The notes under the pieces are model-generated. The model saw nothing but the letters and a program-made list of their open reading frames with translations, ran no database searches and was not told where the DNA came from. Positions 12,525 to 25,944 of a stretch of 64,000 bases of DNA are shown in pieces (the first letter of the stretch is position 1; each line of letters starts with the position of its first letter). The position numbers and the translations under genes were made by a program. Origin of the DNA: Vicugna vicugna. Lineage: Eukaryota. The DNA is taken from the NCBI GenBank assembly GCA_013265495.1, contig MU059829.1:310001-374000 (forward strand), given 5' to 3'.

Positions 12525-15500
12525 CCCTGAATCTCAGTGCAATGAAAATGATCATTTTATTAAGCCTTAGCAAGTTTTATTAAGGACATGCTTTGTGTCC
12601 CTCACTTCTCATGCAGGGTCATTTAACCCCGATGACAACAGAGATCCAGTCCAGACATGCCCTCCTCCACAGCCCGCTTCTCACCGCTGATACACAGCTC
12701 CCCACGGCCTCTCAGATGGGGTTCTTGTGCGGATCAATGGCATGATATCTGAGAAAGCAGAAAAGCTCGCCGTGGATCAGCGGTGGGGGAGCCTCTGATT
12801 TAGGAAAATCCGAGTTTGCAGACTCAGTACTAGCAGTGTGGCAAGGCCAGCAGCAGTGCTCCCACACAGAGGAGCCGAGGCGACCGGAGGAGAAGGTGGA
12901 CTGCTGCTGGCACCATCGGGGATGTTCAGAGGAGGGAGCTTTGCAAGATGGGCGGGATGGAGATCAGGGAGAAACCATTCTCATCTTGTGAGAAAGAGTC
13001 TTACTCCAGGAATTGACATGGTCAAACATGCCAGCCTTCTTTAGCTTCCAAGTTAAGTCTGGCGTCAAGCCCCCACGCCCCGAGCTGCCTGGGGAATTCG
13101 TCTTTTCAGTCTTGTCTCCCCGTCTTCTCCCCTTGGACGTGGTGCAGAGGTTGGCGCCGATGCTGCCGCCCTGGGGAGACACCACCGGCCCTTAGGCCAC
13201 AGGCCTCCTGCTGGTGGACCCTTTGTCTAAGCCCCTTTCATCCCTGCATCGTTACCCCCTCTTCTGTGTAATCACCCACTTTTTATCCAGCAGATCTCTT
13301 GCCTCTGCCACACTAAGGCATGTCACTGTGTCCTGAAGGGGACACAAGAGCCCCGGGCCCATCTGGTGCCTCTGCTCTCATCCCTTCTCAGGGGCGCGGC
13401 CAGAGCTGGACGGGGCCCTGCTGTTACTCGGGACCAGGGAGGAGAAACCGTCGCTCTCACTCTCGGCCCTTGTCCATCCCTTTGCTCCTTCCTCCTCTCT
13501 CACACGCCCCTTCCCCCTTGTTTCTTCTTTCTCTTCTTCTCCGTCTCCCCCTCCCCTAATGTACCTTCCCCCCACCAGGAGCCTAACTCTTCTCTTCAAG
13601 AAGCCGGCTTCACGCCAGTTCTGCTGCTGGGACTTAATCAGTCCCTGCAGGATGAGCAGGAAAAACACAGACCAAAGGACCAAAACACAGATGCACCGCA
13701 GTAAATTACTCTGCAGAAGAGTGTTGAGTTGAGGGAAGATGATAGAAAAGCGAAAGAAAAAAGGTTGTTTGGGGGAACATGGACAACAGGCCAGTGTTTA
13801 GCTTCCACAGGGGACGCTGTGAAGGTCGGTAGTAGAAAACAGAACAACAGTCGAATCCATATTGTCGGTGATCTTTCCATCCAGGACAGGAACGTTAGAC
13901 TGTTTTCAGTGGGGAGCCATTAACGTCTCTGAGCCTGAGAATGAGAAGGTCGCCGAGGTGGTGTCAGGGCAGCCGCGCGCTGCTGTGAGGACTGGGCACG
14001 TGTGGGTGGGGGCCTGGCTGCCCCAGGGGAGGGGCGCCCTTTTCCGTTTCCCAAAAGGCAGTGCGTGGGCTAGCCGGAACTCCGGAGCGTTAATGTAAGT
14101 TTAACTCCGTGGCGGTATTCAGGCAAGATTGGTGAGATGGAGGCGGAGGGAGGCCATTCAGGAGGGTAGAGTCCAAGCTGAACTCACGTGGACACAGGCC
14201 ATACTTAAGTCATCTTTGTGTGTCTCCAGCCTCCAGGAGGGTTCCGAGTGCCTTGTCCACGGATCACCATAAACGTTTAATGAGTGGATAAATGGTGGGT
14301 GGCTCTGGGGCGCAGGATTATTGCTTCAGGGAGTACCCCGGGGCCCATCAGTGGGGAAGGCAGAGGAAACGGAGGTTCCAGGGGTGAAAGAACTACCAAA
14401 GCTCACAGCACTCGTGCCCATGCTGGGCGCTGACCTCGGGGCCCGGGACGGAGGCCGGCGGGGCTGAGCCGTCTCCCAAGGGCAGCTCTGGTTCCTGAGG
14501 AGTGTCTTCAGTACTCTCTCTCTCTTGATTTTTGGGTGTTCATGGGGCAAACCACTATCTTCAGTTTGTTGGAAAATTTGTCTTTCTTGAGATAAACCAC
14601 AGCACTGTTTCACTTATCTGTTGTTTTTTTTCTGTTCGGGCCCATACACTGTCTTCTTATGAGGCGATGGAAACGGGAAAATCGATCAGAGTAGATGGCA
14701 CGTCCACGCAAGTCAGCATACACACCTGAGGTGCCTGGGGCACAGCCCCGGCTGGTGGTTTCCGATCTGAGCTAGCATCGTTTTCAGGAAACGAAAGACG
14801 AGGACATATTCTGAGAACGAAAAGACAAGGGCCGTCTCAATCTTTGAAGAGACTGGTTTTGGCAACACGTTACTTCCCTGCTTATCAGCCGTCTCCTCAA
14901 GGATTTATGTGGCTCTGTGAATCTGCTAAACAGAAAAGTACACGATCAGGGTCAGTAAATGCCTAGTGACTTTAAAATTATTTTATAAACTTGTGACTAG
15001 GGGTGGGTCAGATATTTTTGAGTCTGAAGCTTATCCACATTTTTGGATCTTCTTCAAGACAAATAACACGAAATTGCCCGCACAGTCTTAGAAGGTGGCC
15101 GTGCAAGTTATGGGTTCTGGACCTAAGTTTTATTGGCTTCACGGTGAATCTATGGCCATTATGAGGAAGATCATTGGTGTAATAGTTCAGGGAGCTGTAC
15201 GGGTATTAGCATCTCCCACTCTGATTCATATATGAAGATGTCATGGCTTTTTGGCCGTCTTGTAATCCTATTTGTGACAGCGGTCCTGACTTTCCTGTTT
15301 TGAGCCCCCTGGGGAAGAGGGGGTGTGGCCCAAACCCAGAGAGCCATCCATCTGCTAAATTTGCTCTCAGATGAGTCTGCTCCCCACCTCTGCCGACGGA
15401 ATTAGGGTGGGGACAGGCAAAGACCTTCTGAAAAATACAATGCTCTCACCACCGCCATGGGCAGAGATCTAAGTGTAATACTTTTATTTTGTGGCAGAGC

Positions 15501-18399
15501 ACATACTGTAAAGAGAGAAAAAAAATGAGTTAGGAATAGCTGGTTTCTCAAAGAGCAGTGAACAATAACAAAAGGCAATTTTGAAAATAAATCAGATTTT
15601 CAAAAGCTGTTTTTCTTTTTGGATGTGAAAGGTCATGTTACAGGGAGCTCAGAGCTCCGGAAAATGGCCGAATAGAGCCAGCAAATTACAAGCGATTTTT
15701 TTTTCAAGCGGATCCAAAAAGATATGAGTCGAATTTACCTCAGCAGTGGCTGGCTCGAAGTGCCCTGGGGAGATGGTGACTTAGGTATGGTACGGACCCT
15801 TACCGATCTGTAAATACCTAAGAATGTGAACGTTTTTACTCTGTAACATGATGTTTACAGGCAGGGCAGGCTCCCTCCCTGTAAATAGTATAGCAGATGC
15901 CTGGGAACCAGTGTCGTTTCTAAATATAGTCAGTCACCTTCTGTGGAGCTGCGGAGAGACCACAACCGTGGGCAGCGATCAGCCTGGTGAAAGTTACAAA
16001 TATTTCGTAAAACAGTTTTCACACTGTATAATTTATCCTAAGGAGTTAAACTGAACTTTTTTTTTAAATCTTCGATACCTAAAGTTACTGAATTGTTGTA
16101 AATGAAGATGTTTATCTTTTGTTTGGTCTTGAGAAAGCTTATAAATTTTTCTAATGTAAAGCATATCTGTATGGAAAGGTAAGATATTTAATACTGAACA
16201 TATCTGAATAGAAATTTGCAGTTTCTGAATTTCAGATTTTGAAGGGGAGAAACAGGGAGGGAGGGGTGAAGGTTTAGTTCAAAACAGAACCGGGAACCTG
16301 ATGTGTCCTTTGATTCCCCCGTGTTACCAGATTAATTCGAGAAATTCACTTAAGGAATTACAAGGAAGCAGATGAGGTGGGGTTGCTTGGGAGTTAAGTA
16401 AGCAGAATGCAAAACAGAAAGCTCTTCCCCGAATAGTGTGCATGTGCTGAGTCACTTTAACGGACGGATGGGTCTTCGTGTCTCATAGCTGACGGGAGGA
16501 ACACGCAGGGGCCGCGCTGATTGTTGGCTTAGATGCACTTGTAAATCATTCCGTTGCTCTGCGTGCTTTACTGAATTAAGCTGATAGCACTGAAAATCAT
16601 GTTGGTCAACGGATGCTGTGATTTATGACTTGAGTTTCCCTAATTTTGGAGGAAAAGGATTGCTACCAAACATTCATATTAAAATCGCCCCTATTTGTTA
16701 GTTCTTACTTGGCAAAGAATGCTGGGTACTATTTCTTGTGCGTTTACCTAGCAGGCACTCACTGCGGGTGCTCATTTCTATTCCCCCCAATCCTGTCGTA
16801 CAGGCAGGACTTTTCCCGTTTTATACTTCCCAAGGACCTCTGCCCTGGAGTGGGGAGCAGAGCCAGGCCTGCCTGGCCCCTCAGTCGTTTTCATCCACAA
16901 GCTTCTGGGCTCTAGACCCCATGTCGTGTCTTACTTCCTCCTGGTCTCTGTTTCCTTCTCCTCCTCCTCCCACTCCCAGCCTGCCCGTTCTTGAAGGCAC
17001 AGAAGGCAGCAGGGGTCCATGCAGGTGAGCAGGAAACAACAGGGCAGTCACTCCTACAAGCCGCGTCCCTGCCTGAGGGCCGAGGGACCCCTCATCCAGC
17101 ACTGTACTTTCTCGGTGGTTTTGTCACTAACCACCGCCATGCTTTCCTGCAAATTGCTGTGACCTTTCACCCCTTCTTCCTGCCGGTGAAGGTCGCATTG
17201 TTGGCAATAACAGCAAATGCACATACGAAAATCTGGCTTCAGCTTTGTTTCTTTCACCTTAACAAACTTAAGTCTTGGTGATAAAGAGAATGACAGTGGG
17301 GACAGAGAGCTGTGTGACAGTCTTTGGGGAGAAGTGGGGGCAGTGATACGGGTGGTTCTGCACACACTTACATTTCCTGATTTTGGCCCTGGTGTGGCCT
17401 ATTTTCTAAATGACCCTTTTCCTTTTTTACACTTTTTGTGTGTGTGTGTGAACACCAGCAAGCAGTGTTGAAACTGTTCAGAAGACTAATGCAGTCATTT
17501 TGATGGAAAATTGTATGTGAAAGTACCCATCAGCTGCAAATATTGTTAGCTTTGCTGCCCCTTAAATGTCCCCATAATGTACTAGAAAGAAATGAGCCCG
17601 GAATGAACCCCAAAGGCCATTTCTGTAGGTTTTTCTCAGTCCCAGCATCTGGTTAATTGCCACATTAGCTAGTGACAGTGGAAGAACTGACAGTGGTGAC
17701 AAGTTGGCGTCATACAATTCAGCATACAGCTTTAGAGATAAATTAGGAAAATGCGATTTATCGACCCCTTATACAGAAAGGAACACAATCATTGTAAGTA
17801 TTATAAGTGAATACTGAAATTCAAACATATATTTAAACATTGATTACTTAAAACCTTACTAATTTACTACTGCTCTGCTGATTGAACTGAATGCAGTGGT
17901 TTCACACACACTGTTTGGAAACTTAATACTATAATTTTCTTATTTAAATGTTCATAATGAAAACATAGATATTCTCAAGTCCTCCGCAGTTTCACTCTGC
18001 AATCAAGTGTTTGCTTAGTGATCAGACAGGCAGAGGTCAGAGGTGCATGATTTTGAAAGCATCAGATTTCATCCCAGAAGCTGGAACTTGGCGCACAGGT
18101 GTTCCCCCAAGGAATGTTATTTACGATGGTGACTCTTGCGTTTTATTTAGTGAGGACATAATATTCCAATTTCTTATAAATTATTATTTTGTCACCAAAT
18201 TTTGTCCTATCAACAAATATTTACTGGCGCGCAGTAATTCGATTCTGCTTTTAATGTAACATAGAAGTGCTGCGTACTGAAAACAAATAATACACGAAAA
18301 CTAGTAACCGTAACTCTTCTTCCAGTTGAGAACTCAGAGCAGGCGATGTGCAGCTTTCCGTTTTTTTGGATAAGTTAGAAATAACACTGGATGGAAAGG

Positions 18400-18580
18400 C
18401 ACAACGGCAGTGCAGTGGAGTGAGGAGCACCAGTCCTGGGGTTAGACTGTGTGCCTCTCTAAGTGATTTCATTTCTTCCACATAATTGTATGGACCTCAA
18501 AGGACTGTGAGAACTAAACCGGATTTGCACACAGTGCTCAGCCTAGAATCGTGCGCACGGTAAGCACTCTTCAGCATTAA
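18400..18580 (+). mobile_element. MIR fragment
   Basis: Degenerate MIR 3' half (ggactgtgagaactaaa..cacggtaagcactc). Confidence 0.5.
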
Positions 18581-20113
18581 CCGTGGTTTCCACAGCAGTA
18601 AGAAGAGAGACCTGCACTTTCAGTGAAACCCCGTGATACTGTTGGATATAAAAAGATCCGCTGGCATTTGACTTCTGCCCTCTAAACACGTTCACTTGCT
18701 CATTTCATCAGCCTTGTGATGTGTCCCGCACTTTATCCAGTAGAATTGTTTGGACCTCACTTGCGGCAAAGTTCCACTGTGAGACCGTCGTGCAGAAGCA
18801 GGGTTGTATGTGGGGGCTTTTGCAAGGGTATGAAGTGTAGGAGTGGCGAGGTGGTTTCTGAGAGTGCCACATCCTACTGTGTTTCCAGTCATTTTCCTGA
18901 CCTATTTAAACAAGCTTTAGACAAGCTTTTCATGGAATCTATGTTTCTGACCGACAGCTAGATGACTTTATTTAAATTGCACTAGGATCGATCAGCAGTT
19001 TTTTTGTTTCTTGGGTTTTTTTAATTTCTATCTATTGCATCCCATGGATCCAAAAAAGGGGGAAGAGATAACAGACAAGGAGACAGATATTAGCAAACAT
19101 TACATCCGGGAAGATTTTCTCTCCAGTCAGCATTGCTTTGATTTATCAGTGATACCCGTTAAGTGAACGTTTTTCTTATTGGCATCGTCTCGTATATCAT
19201 CATTCCAGCGTGATCTCTCATGTCCATTAAATCAAACTGGCAGCGCTGGACCTGTTTACAAGAAAATCACTGTTCACCAACTCAGGATGTTATAAAGCCA
19301 CCTGGGTGGATGGACCACAGCAGGGAAGGGTGGGAGAGAGGGTGTACCTCTGGGTGGTGGCTGGGTGCCGAGAAGGGCCTCAGAGAGAAGGAAAGGGGGC
19401 TTCTACACGGAAGGGCACTGATTTTTCTAATGGAAGAGGTGCAAAGGCCTGTCAGGAGAGAGGGTGGTGGGGGGCATGGCAGATCAATGCTTTACATCCA
19501 CCAGGGCGCAAGGTCGGAGGCTTCCATCCGCCCACCACGGAGCAGAGAGGACCAGTGCCCCCTGCATGAGCCCTTGCACGCCGATGACAGCCTGTCGCTC
19601 CCAACCTGTGACACCCAATTTCTAGGACCCACTTGGCTTGTCCGAAGTTTCAGGACTTAGGGCTCAGCTCCTTGGAACAGTTGCAGCCCCTTCACCCCTC
19701 GGGGCAGGGCAGTCGGGGCGCAGAGAGCAGGGGAGCAGCAGGGTGCCCAGGAGTGGGGAGTGGTGAATGTTCCAGCTGCTGTCCCGGCTGACATTGCCAA
19801 AAAATTTGTTTTTCTGGGGTCTGCCCGAAAAAGCGTGAAACAGAGTGGGTTTTTTTTGTGGCAGATCTAGTGACTTGAATCCTCCTCCGTTTTGGAGAGT
19901 AATTCAAAAGGTACAGCAATCCCAGGACATGCATTGTAGCCCTCTGGATGTGGAAACTGCAGAACCAGGTCCTCTGGAGAAGCATGAATTTCCCGGGACC
20001 TTGGTCACCTTGCTGCACGTGAACTCTGACTGGTGTCCATTTCACACCCATGGACTGTGTCTGTCAGGGCTTACCCTGAGCCACAGGCTTCTGTTCTCTT
20101 TCTTTTCTGACAG

Positions 20114-20193
20114 GTTCCTGGGCAGATCGGTCACCACTCCATGAAGCAGCAAGTCAAGGTCGTCTTCTCGCTCTGAGAACATTATTATCACAG
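20114..20193 (+). CDS. ASB5: ASB5 exon 2 (80 nt): GSWADRSPLHEAASQGRLLALRTLLSQ
   Basis: ttttctgacag|GTTCC acceptor, CAG|gtaaaa donor; first ankyrin repeat. Confidence 0.96.
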
Positions 20194-23100
20194 GTAAAAA
20201 GCGTACATAAACTTTACAATATGCCCCTGTCCCAGGAGCGGAGAGCATTCATTGTCAGTAGTAATCAACTCAGAAATAATACCGTTGCTTAGTGTATTTT
20301 AGTGATCTTTTTATTTTAACTCATAGTATCAGCCAAGTCCAAAGTTCCTCATTTATCTTTGAAACTTCTTTTTAACTATTTTGGTCTTACGTCTTAGTAT
20401 TTCAGATTTCTCATACAGTACATTTATTCATTGATAGACATAGTTAAGCAAGAAATAATTAGACGTATGTATTATTCATTATGCATTTAAAATATGCTTA
20501 ACTCGGTACAATGTGTAGAGCTAATCACAGGCTTAGTTCATTCATACACCATCCAAGAAGGGGTAATGAGACTGGAAGGCTAAGCAGTCTTTTTTACATG
20601 ATGGTGATCGATAACATGTTACAGGGAATTGCCTGTGAAAACTACAGAACAGTTATGCCTACCCCTGTCTGCTCATCACACTCATGGGAGGGAAAAACGG
20701 AAAACACAGGCTCCTCACCGAAGCAGGAGGGGCCCTGGCTTGGCCAGCGAGACTTAAACACACCCCCAGGTGCTTCCCAGCGGCACGGAGACGGAAGTTT
20801 TCTCGGCTGGCCGCGAGGGAAGGGAGGGTCGTGTCGCCCCGGAGGCCTGGGCCGCAGGGCACTGGATCCAAGCTGGCAGTCTGGGTGAATCTCAGCCCAT
20901 CTGGGCCTCCTTTTTCTCACCCGTGAAGGGAGGATGTAGGACAAGACCCTCCCTCGGGGCTTCCGGTTCTGTGATGACCGTGGGACTGTGTGGTTTGCTC
21001 ATCACCTGATGAAAAATAAAATAAAAACTGCAACAACATCACCAACTTCTAAAGGGTAGCCTGCCCCTGAAAGCGCCATGCAGTTCTCGGAGGGGAGAGG
21101 AGTCTCGGGTTGTTTGCCAGCTTGCGCCTCGCGCGAAGGGCGGGCGGGCGGGGAGGAGCCCCGCGGGAGAGGGCCTCTGGCCTTCGCGGGCCACGGCTCT
21201 CTGTAGGGCGGTAGCTGATCTGACAGCCCCAGTCCAGACAGGTGGTCCAGCCTGTAAACGGTCTTGCATTCTACCAAAGAAACCCAAAATGACAATAGCA
21301 ACCAAGACAATTCATGAAGACAAAAAAAAAAAAAAAAAAAAAAAAAAAGAAGAAGAAAGCAAAATTTAAAGAAAATATTCAAAATCTGCTGAGCAAACCT
21401 CTCCCGGCAGAGCCGGGTGTAGACATGACGGTGTGACAGTGAGGCTCGGGGCTTCTGACCTCTGGCTCTCGGCCATTTGAACCGCTGTTCCTGCTCAGCT
21501 TAAACCTGATTTGCCTGAGCGTCTCTGAGCTCGTCTGTAACTCTCTAATGACAGTCACAGAGAGGACTGTATACGACTCTTCGCTCATGTTTCAAACTTG
21601 TCCGCATCCTCCTCAGGGTTACAATGTAAACGCAGTCACCATAGACCACGTCACCCCGCTGCACGAAGCCTGCCTCGGCGATCACGAGGCCTGTGCCAGG
21701 ACGCTTCTGGAAGCCGGAGCTAACGTAAGTCCCTTTAAAAAGCATTGACCGTTTCCCACCCACTGGCGGAGAGAATCATGCCAAGTTCCCATTTTGCTTC
21801 TCTTTCTTCCTTAGTAGTTTTCAAAAGTAGGACAATAAAAATAAAGCTCTCAGATCGCCTCCCTGCACTCTAGGAAGGATTTCCAGTCACTGCAAAAAAT
21901 GGAGCGGCATAACAGAGGACATTCCCCAGGTTATGTCCTGTGTTCGTGATTCTGAACAGCAGTAGACGGACATCTTTATGCCCATGATGTCTGCTCATCT
22001 TTTGGATGATTTTTTTTTAAGATAAATTTTCAGAATTTCCAACTTAAACTGCCACCAGTAAAGTGGCTTCATCACAGCTCTCATCGCTATTACATTTGCT
22101 GACTCTTTCCCCGTAATTACAAAGTACCTAATCGCCGATTTCTCGAGTATTTTTTTCCCCACCATCTTCACTAACTGCACGCCCAGCCCTGTGGATCATC
22201 CACGCATCCGATTTCTCTTTATCTCTTGAAGTTTCCCAGCTTTGCTGACTGACGTGTGTGAGCTGAGTACACTTTGTCGTCTTCACTGCGCACACCTTCC
22301 GAGTTACCTCTGTTCCCAGATCACGTGCCTTTTCACAGTGCCCACCGGGGAGCAGTGTGCAATTCTGTGACTCACTGTGGGAGCTCTGCTCTGCTGTAGG
22401 TAAACGCGATCACCATAGATGGCGTGACTCCGTTATTCAACGCCTGCTCGCAAGGCAGCACGAGCTGCACGGAGCTGCTCTTGGAATACGGCGCCAAGCC
22501 GCAGCTGGAGTCCTGCCTGCCTTCCCCAACGCACGAGGCCGCCAGCAAAGGTACTGGGATGGGGTCCATCGGCAGCCCCCAGGGCTCCGCTGGCCTTTTA
22601 GGGAATGGCCTTGTGGGGGAAGCTCAGGGTGAGGTGCGCATGTCCCGGGACAGGCGTTAAGAAAACGCACGCTCGCCTCCCCTTTGTGTTGGCAGGTCAC
22701 CACGAATGCCTAGAAATCCTGATCTCCTGGGGCGTAGATGTCGACCAAGACATTCCTCACTTGGGGACCCCTCTCTACGTGGCTTCTATGTCCCAGCAGT
22801 TCCACTGCGTCCAGAAGCTTCTCTACGCTGGTGAGTTTCTGGACAGCATCTTCCGTTCTGTCCGCACGCACAAGCAATCACTCAGCTCCACACTGATTTC
22901 AATAACCTGTTTAAAAAAATTATATCTCGTGGCTAAACATGTTCTTATTCTAAGCATTCTCACGTAGAACGATACAGCCTGTGAAAGGAACCTCTTTCAT
23001 GGTATCTCCACTTGGCCTCAGAGCTCCGAAAGCCCTCCTTGGAAAAGGGCATAAGATTAAGATCCTCGCGGTTGAATATAATGGTGCCACGTACGTGTAC

Positions 23101-25944
23101 TTCTGTGAACAAATCCATCCAACAAAGTTCTAGGGATGATAACTTTATCCTCTACCAGCCACAGGAACTGCTGCACTCCCAACTCTGTTCTCGCTGACCC
23201 TCCTACCTGAAGAGACTTACTAACTGCGTGAAAAAAGCCAGTTCCTCAAGGTTAATCTTCAGCCGCAGGAAACGATTTCTAATCCTGTGAGACCGCGGCG
23301 GCCGCTGCCACCACAGCACTGGGAGCCCGGGGGCATGTGGCCCTTGTCTCTTTCCTGCCATCTCTTTTCTCTAAATATTCCCAAAATGAGTAAATGGATT
23401 TCTGTGCTTTTTATTGTTCATGACACTCGTCTGGCCTCTGATACACACTGATGTGTATTTTTAGCCACCGCTTTATGCGTTACTCACATCATCTTGGCTG
23501 AATTACAAACCTCAAGCAGCTTCTGCACGTCCTGTCTCTTCCCTGTTACATCCCGATCGTCGACAGGTTGCTACTTTCTGTATAAATTAATAGAAGCAGA
23601 AGAGTTCACTCTTTGTCATCTTTCTTCACTTTGCTAGCCATATTATTCTTTTCCAGATATTTTATATTGGGTAAAAAAATGGAAGACGTATTGTTAGTAA
23701 TTATGGATTGGTTGTTATTCTCAGGCTCTGTTCTCCCATAAAGTTGATATAACCAACAGAGTTTATGCCTTCTCTATGGAGATTTTGTTATGGAATAGAA
23801 TTTTCTCCACTAAACGTTTTATATTTGATTTAAAAATATTGAAAACAGTTACATTTATTGAAGCTTAAAAGTAGCAGAAGGACCGTCAAGGGACTCTTAA
23901 AATGTACTGCTTCTCACGAACATCATTAGTTTTACCGACGGTATCAGAAAGCAGAGTTGAAAAGGACTTAATGGATTTTTATTAATAGACATTTCTTGGT
24001 GTTGTAACCATTTATGCACAGGAAAATGGGATTATTCTTCTTTAGAATATTGAATAGTATGTAGTCATTGCACACGCATCAGATGACCACCATGTGCCAG
24101 GGGCTTATATGCAGATAAAATAACTATGTAATAGGTACTTTAACATCTAAGGTTTTTTAAAAATATAAGCATTTAAAAAACTGACTTTGCATGCAGACAT
24201 ACAGTGCACCTTTCCATGTAAGAGGCTCAGAGCCTTTTAATATTTACTGAATTAAACTACATGAGACATGAGAGGAAAATCTATATACATTTTACCGCAA
24301 GAGCTCACATATTTGATGCATGAGTTTTCCAAGAAGCCAAAGAGCCCATTGCCTTAAAATAAATGACAAGAATAAGAGCAAAAACCTCTTGAATAACCCT
24401 CAGAACTATCCATCACGATGACAATGCTTAAGAGTCAACCTAATTGTGCACTCTTCATAGTACAAGTTAATATGATTACTTTCCCGAACTGTTTAAAATT
24501 TGTTTTAATTTTTTTTTATTATGAGATCTTTCAAGCATAGGGGAAAATATCAGAGCATCCAACAGAAGTATGCACCTTCCATCCAGATGGACCATGTTTT
24601 AAGACTGAGTACATGTATATAACGTATGTCTGAAGTATGTGTATGAACTGTGCATGGTGATATATATTATACATAAAGAAATAACTCATTACAGAAGGAG
24701 CTGAGGTCCTCTGTGTGGCTGACACACCCACCTCCCCTTGCTGATGTAAGTGATTCGTCTGACAAATTCTGTCCGTATTGACCATCGTTCCTTATTTCCA
24801 CGTAGGCGCTGACGTACAAAAAGGCAAATACTGGGATACCCCGCTACACGCCGCTGCTCAGCAGCCCTGTACGGAAGTTGTAAACTTGCTGCTAGAATTC
24901 GGAGCGGATATCAACGCCAAAAACACAGAGCTTCTGCGACCCGTCGACGTAGCGACCTCCAGCAGTCTGGTGGAAAGACTGTTGCTTCAACATGAAGGTA
25001 AGGAGGAGACATGTGGGCATTAATTTTTTTTTTTTTGCCTGAAGTAGATGAAATTTAAAGACTTTTTGTTGGCATGTCATGTAATGATGGCATAACATCT
25101 GGAATAGTTTTTGAAAGAAGATAATTTTTTAACTTAGGTTCCAGCTATAAAAAAGATACCACGGTGATTGTAATTTTCCTTTTTCTCATCTTACCTGACT
25201 TTCATATTCCTTTGGTTAAGTTAAATCTGTTGTTTGTTTTGACAATAAACAATACGCAATTCTGTTTAATATTTGCTAATAAATATTTGAAAATGTGCCC
25301 CATTTTATGAGGGTATTCACCATCTATGATGTGTTCCAGAAACAATCATAAAGTATTTTTGTTCTAAAATAGAAATTCTAAAGCCTGGTCTAGGCACTAC
25401 AGTGAAATTTGCTTTGGCTTAAATAGTAAACCTAATTTGAGGGAAAAAAAATTTTTAATTCCCCTTTCAGTGCATAACTCTTCTTGGGGCTTTTGACTGA
25501 GTATCTCCTTCAAAAAGTAGAATTTGCCTTTGAGGCTTTACATGCAGCAATAATTTCATAAGCTTGAAGATAATGTGTTAAAGAACATGCATGGACTATA
25601 CTTCAGTTGTAATAAAGTCTTATACATAAAAGCCGTACAAAGGCTTATATAAATTTCCCTAGGGTAATGGTCATAACACCCTAGTTTACTGCAAAACTAG
25701 GGGGGGGTGGGGTGGTGTGTGTGTGTGTGTGTGTGTGTGGCGTGATTTCACATGTCTTACAACACAGAAAACCCTGTTTTGATTTTAATTAACAAACACT
25801 TCCGCATCTCTCGCAGCCACCCCCAGCCCTCTGTGCCAGCTGTGCCGACTCTGCATCAGAAACTGCCTAGGAAGGTCCAGGTTGCACCTTATCCCACAGC
25901 TCCAGCTGCCGACCTTGCTGCAGAATTTCCTACAGTATCGATAA
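20114..25944 (+). CDS. ASB5: ASB5 (ankyrin repeat and SOCS box 5), 5'-partial: join(20114-20193,21617-21724,22400-22550,22696-22830,24806-24997,25817-25944)
   Basis: Six GT-AG exons splice in frame to GSWADRSPLHEAASQG...ankyrin repeats...SOCS box LCQLCRLCIR..LPTLLQNFLQYR*, matching ASB5 as recalled. The 65-aa exon 1 (MSVLEENRPF...) was not found in the window. Confidence 0.97.
21322..21348 (+). repeat. Poly(A)27 tract
   Basis: Direct count. Confidence 0.95.
21617..21724 (+). CDS. ASB5: ASB5 exon 3 (108 nt): GYNVNAVTIDHVTPLHEACLGDHEACARTLLEAGAN
   Basis: cctcag|GGT acceptor, AAC|gtaagt donor; TPLH ankyrin motif. Confidence 0.97.
22400..22550 (+). CDS. ASB5: ASB5 exon 4 (151 nt): VNAITIDGVTPLFNACSQG...PSPTHEAASK
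   Basis: ctgtag|GTAAAC acceptor, AAG|gtactg donor. Confidence 0.97.
22696..22830 (+). CDS. ASB5: ASB5 exon 5 (135 nt): GHHECLEILISWGVDVDQDIPHLGTPLYVAS...KLLYA
   Basis: ttggcag|GT acceptor, CTG|gtgagt donor; 145-nt preceding intron. Confidence 0.97.
24806..24997 (+). CDS. ASB5: ASB5 exon 6 (192 nt): GADVQKGKYWDTPLHAAAQQ...LLLQHE
   Basis: cacgtag|GC acceptor, AAG|gtaagg donor. Confidence 0.97.
25715..25738 (+). repeat. (GT)12 microsatellite preceded by a G-run
   Basis: Direct reading, ~80 nt upstream of ASB5 exon 7. Confidence 0.95.
25817..25944 (+). CDS. ASB5: ASB5 exon 7 CDS (128 nt), SOCS box: ATPSPLCQLCRLCIRNCLGRSRLHLIPQLQLPTLLQNFLQYR*
   Basis: ctctcgcag|CC acceptor; BC-box and Cul5-box motifs; TAA at 25942-25944. 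Confidence 0.97.

Noticed and set aside
17130-17162. ccaccgccATG strong-Kozak start in ASB5 intron 1
   Set aside because: The ORF is only 7 codons (MLSCKLL*) with no suitable donor.
19220-19660. 146-aa ORF in ASB5 intron 1
   Set aside because: No homology or splice support; consistent with a chance GC-rich ORF.
1-20113. Search for canonical ASB5 exon 1 (MSVLEENRPFAQQLSN...KGNRKEAARIAAEF)
   Set aside because: No matching sequence seen; it presumably lies upstream of the window.
21040-21360. A27 tract as the tail of a processed pseudogene
   Set aside because: No upstream AATAAA, no TSD and no recognisable cDNA.
21683-21688. His-Glu in place of recalled human His-Val in the exon 3 ankyrin repeat
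   Set aside because: Falls at a variable surface position of the ankyrin consensus; no sign of functional loss.
22397-22405. TAG|GTAAAC at the start of ASB5 exon 4 as a recursive splice site
   Set aside because: It is the coding Val-Asn start of a normal exon after a short intron; recursive splicing is unlikely.
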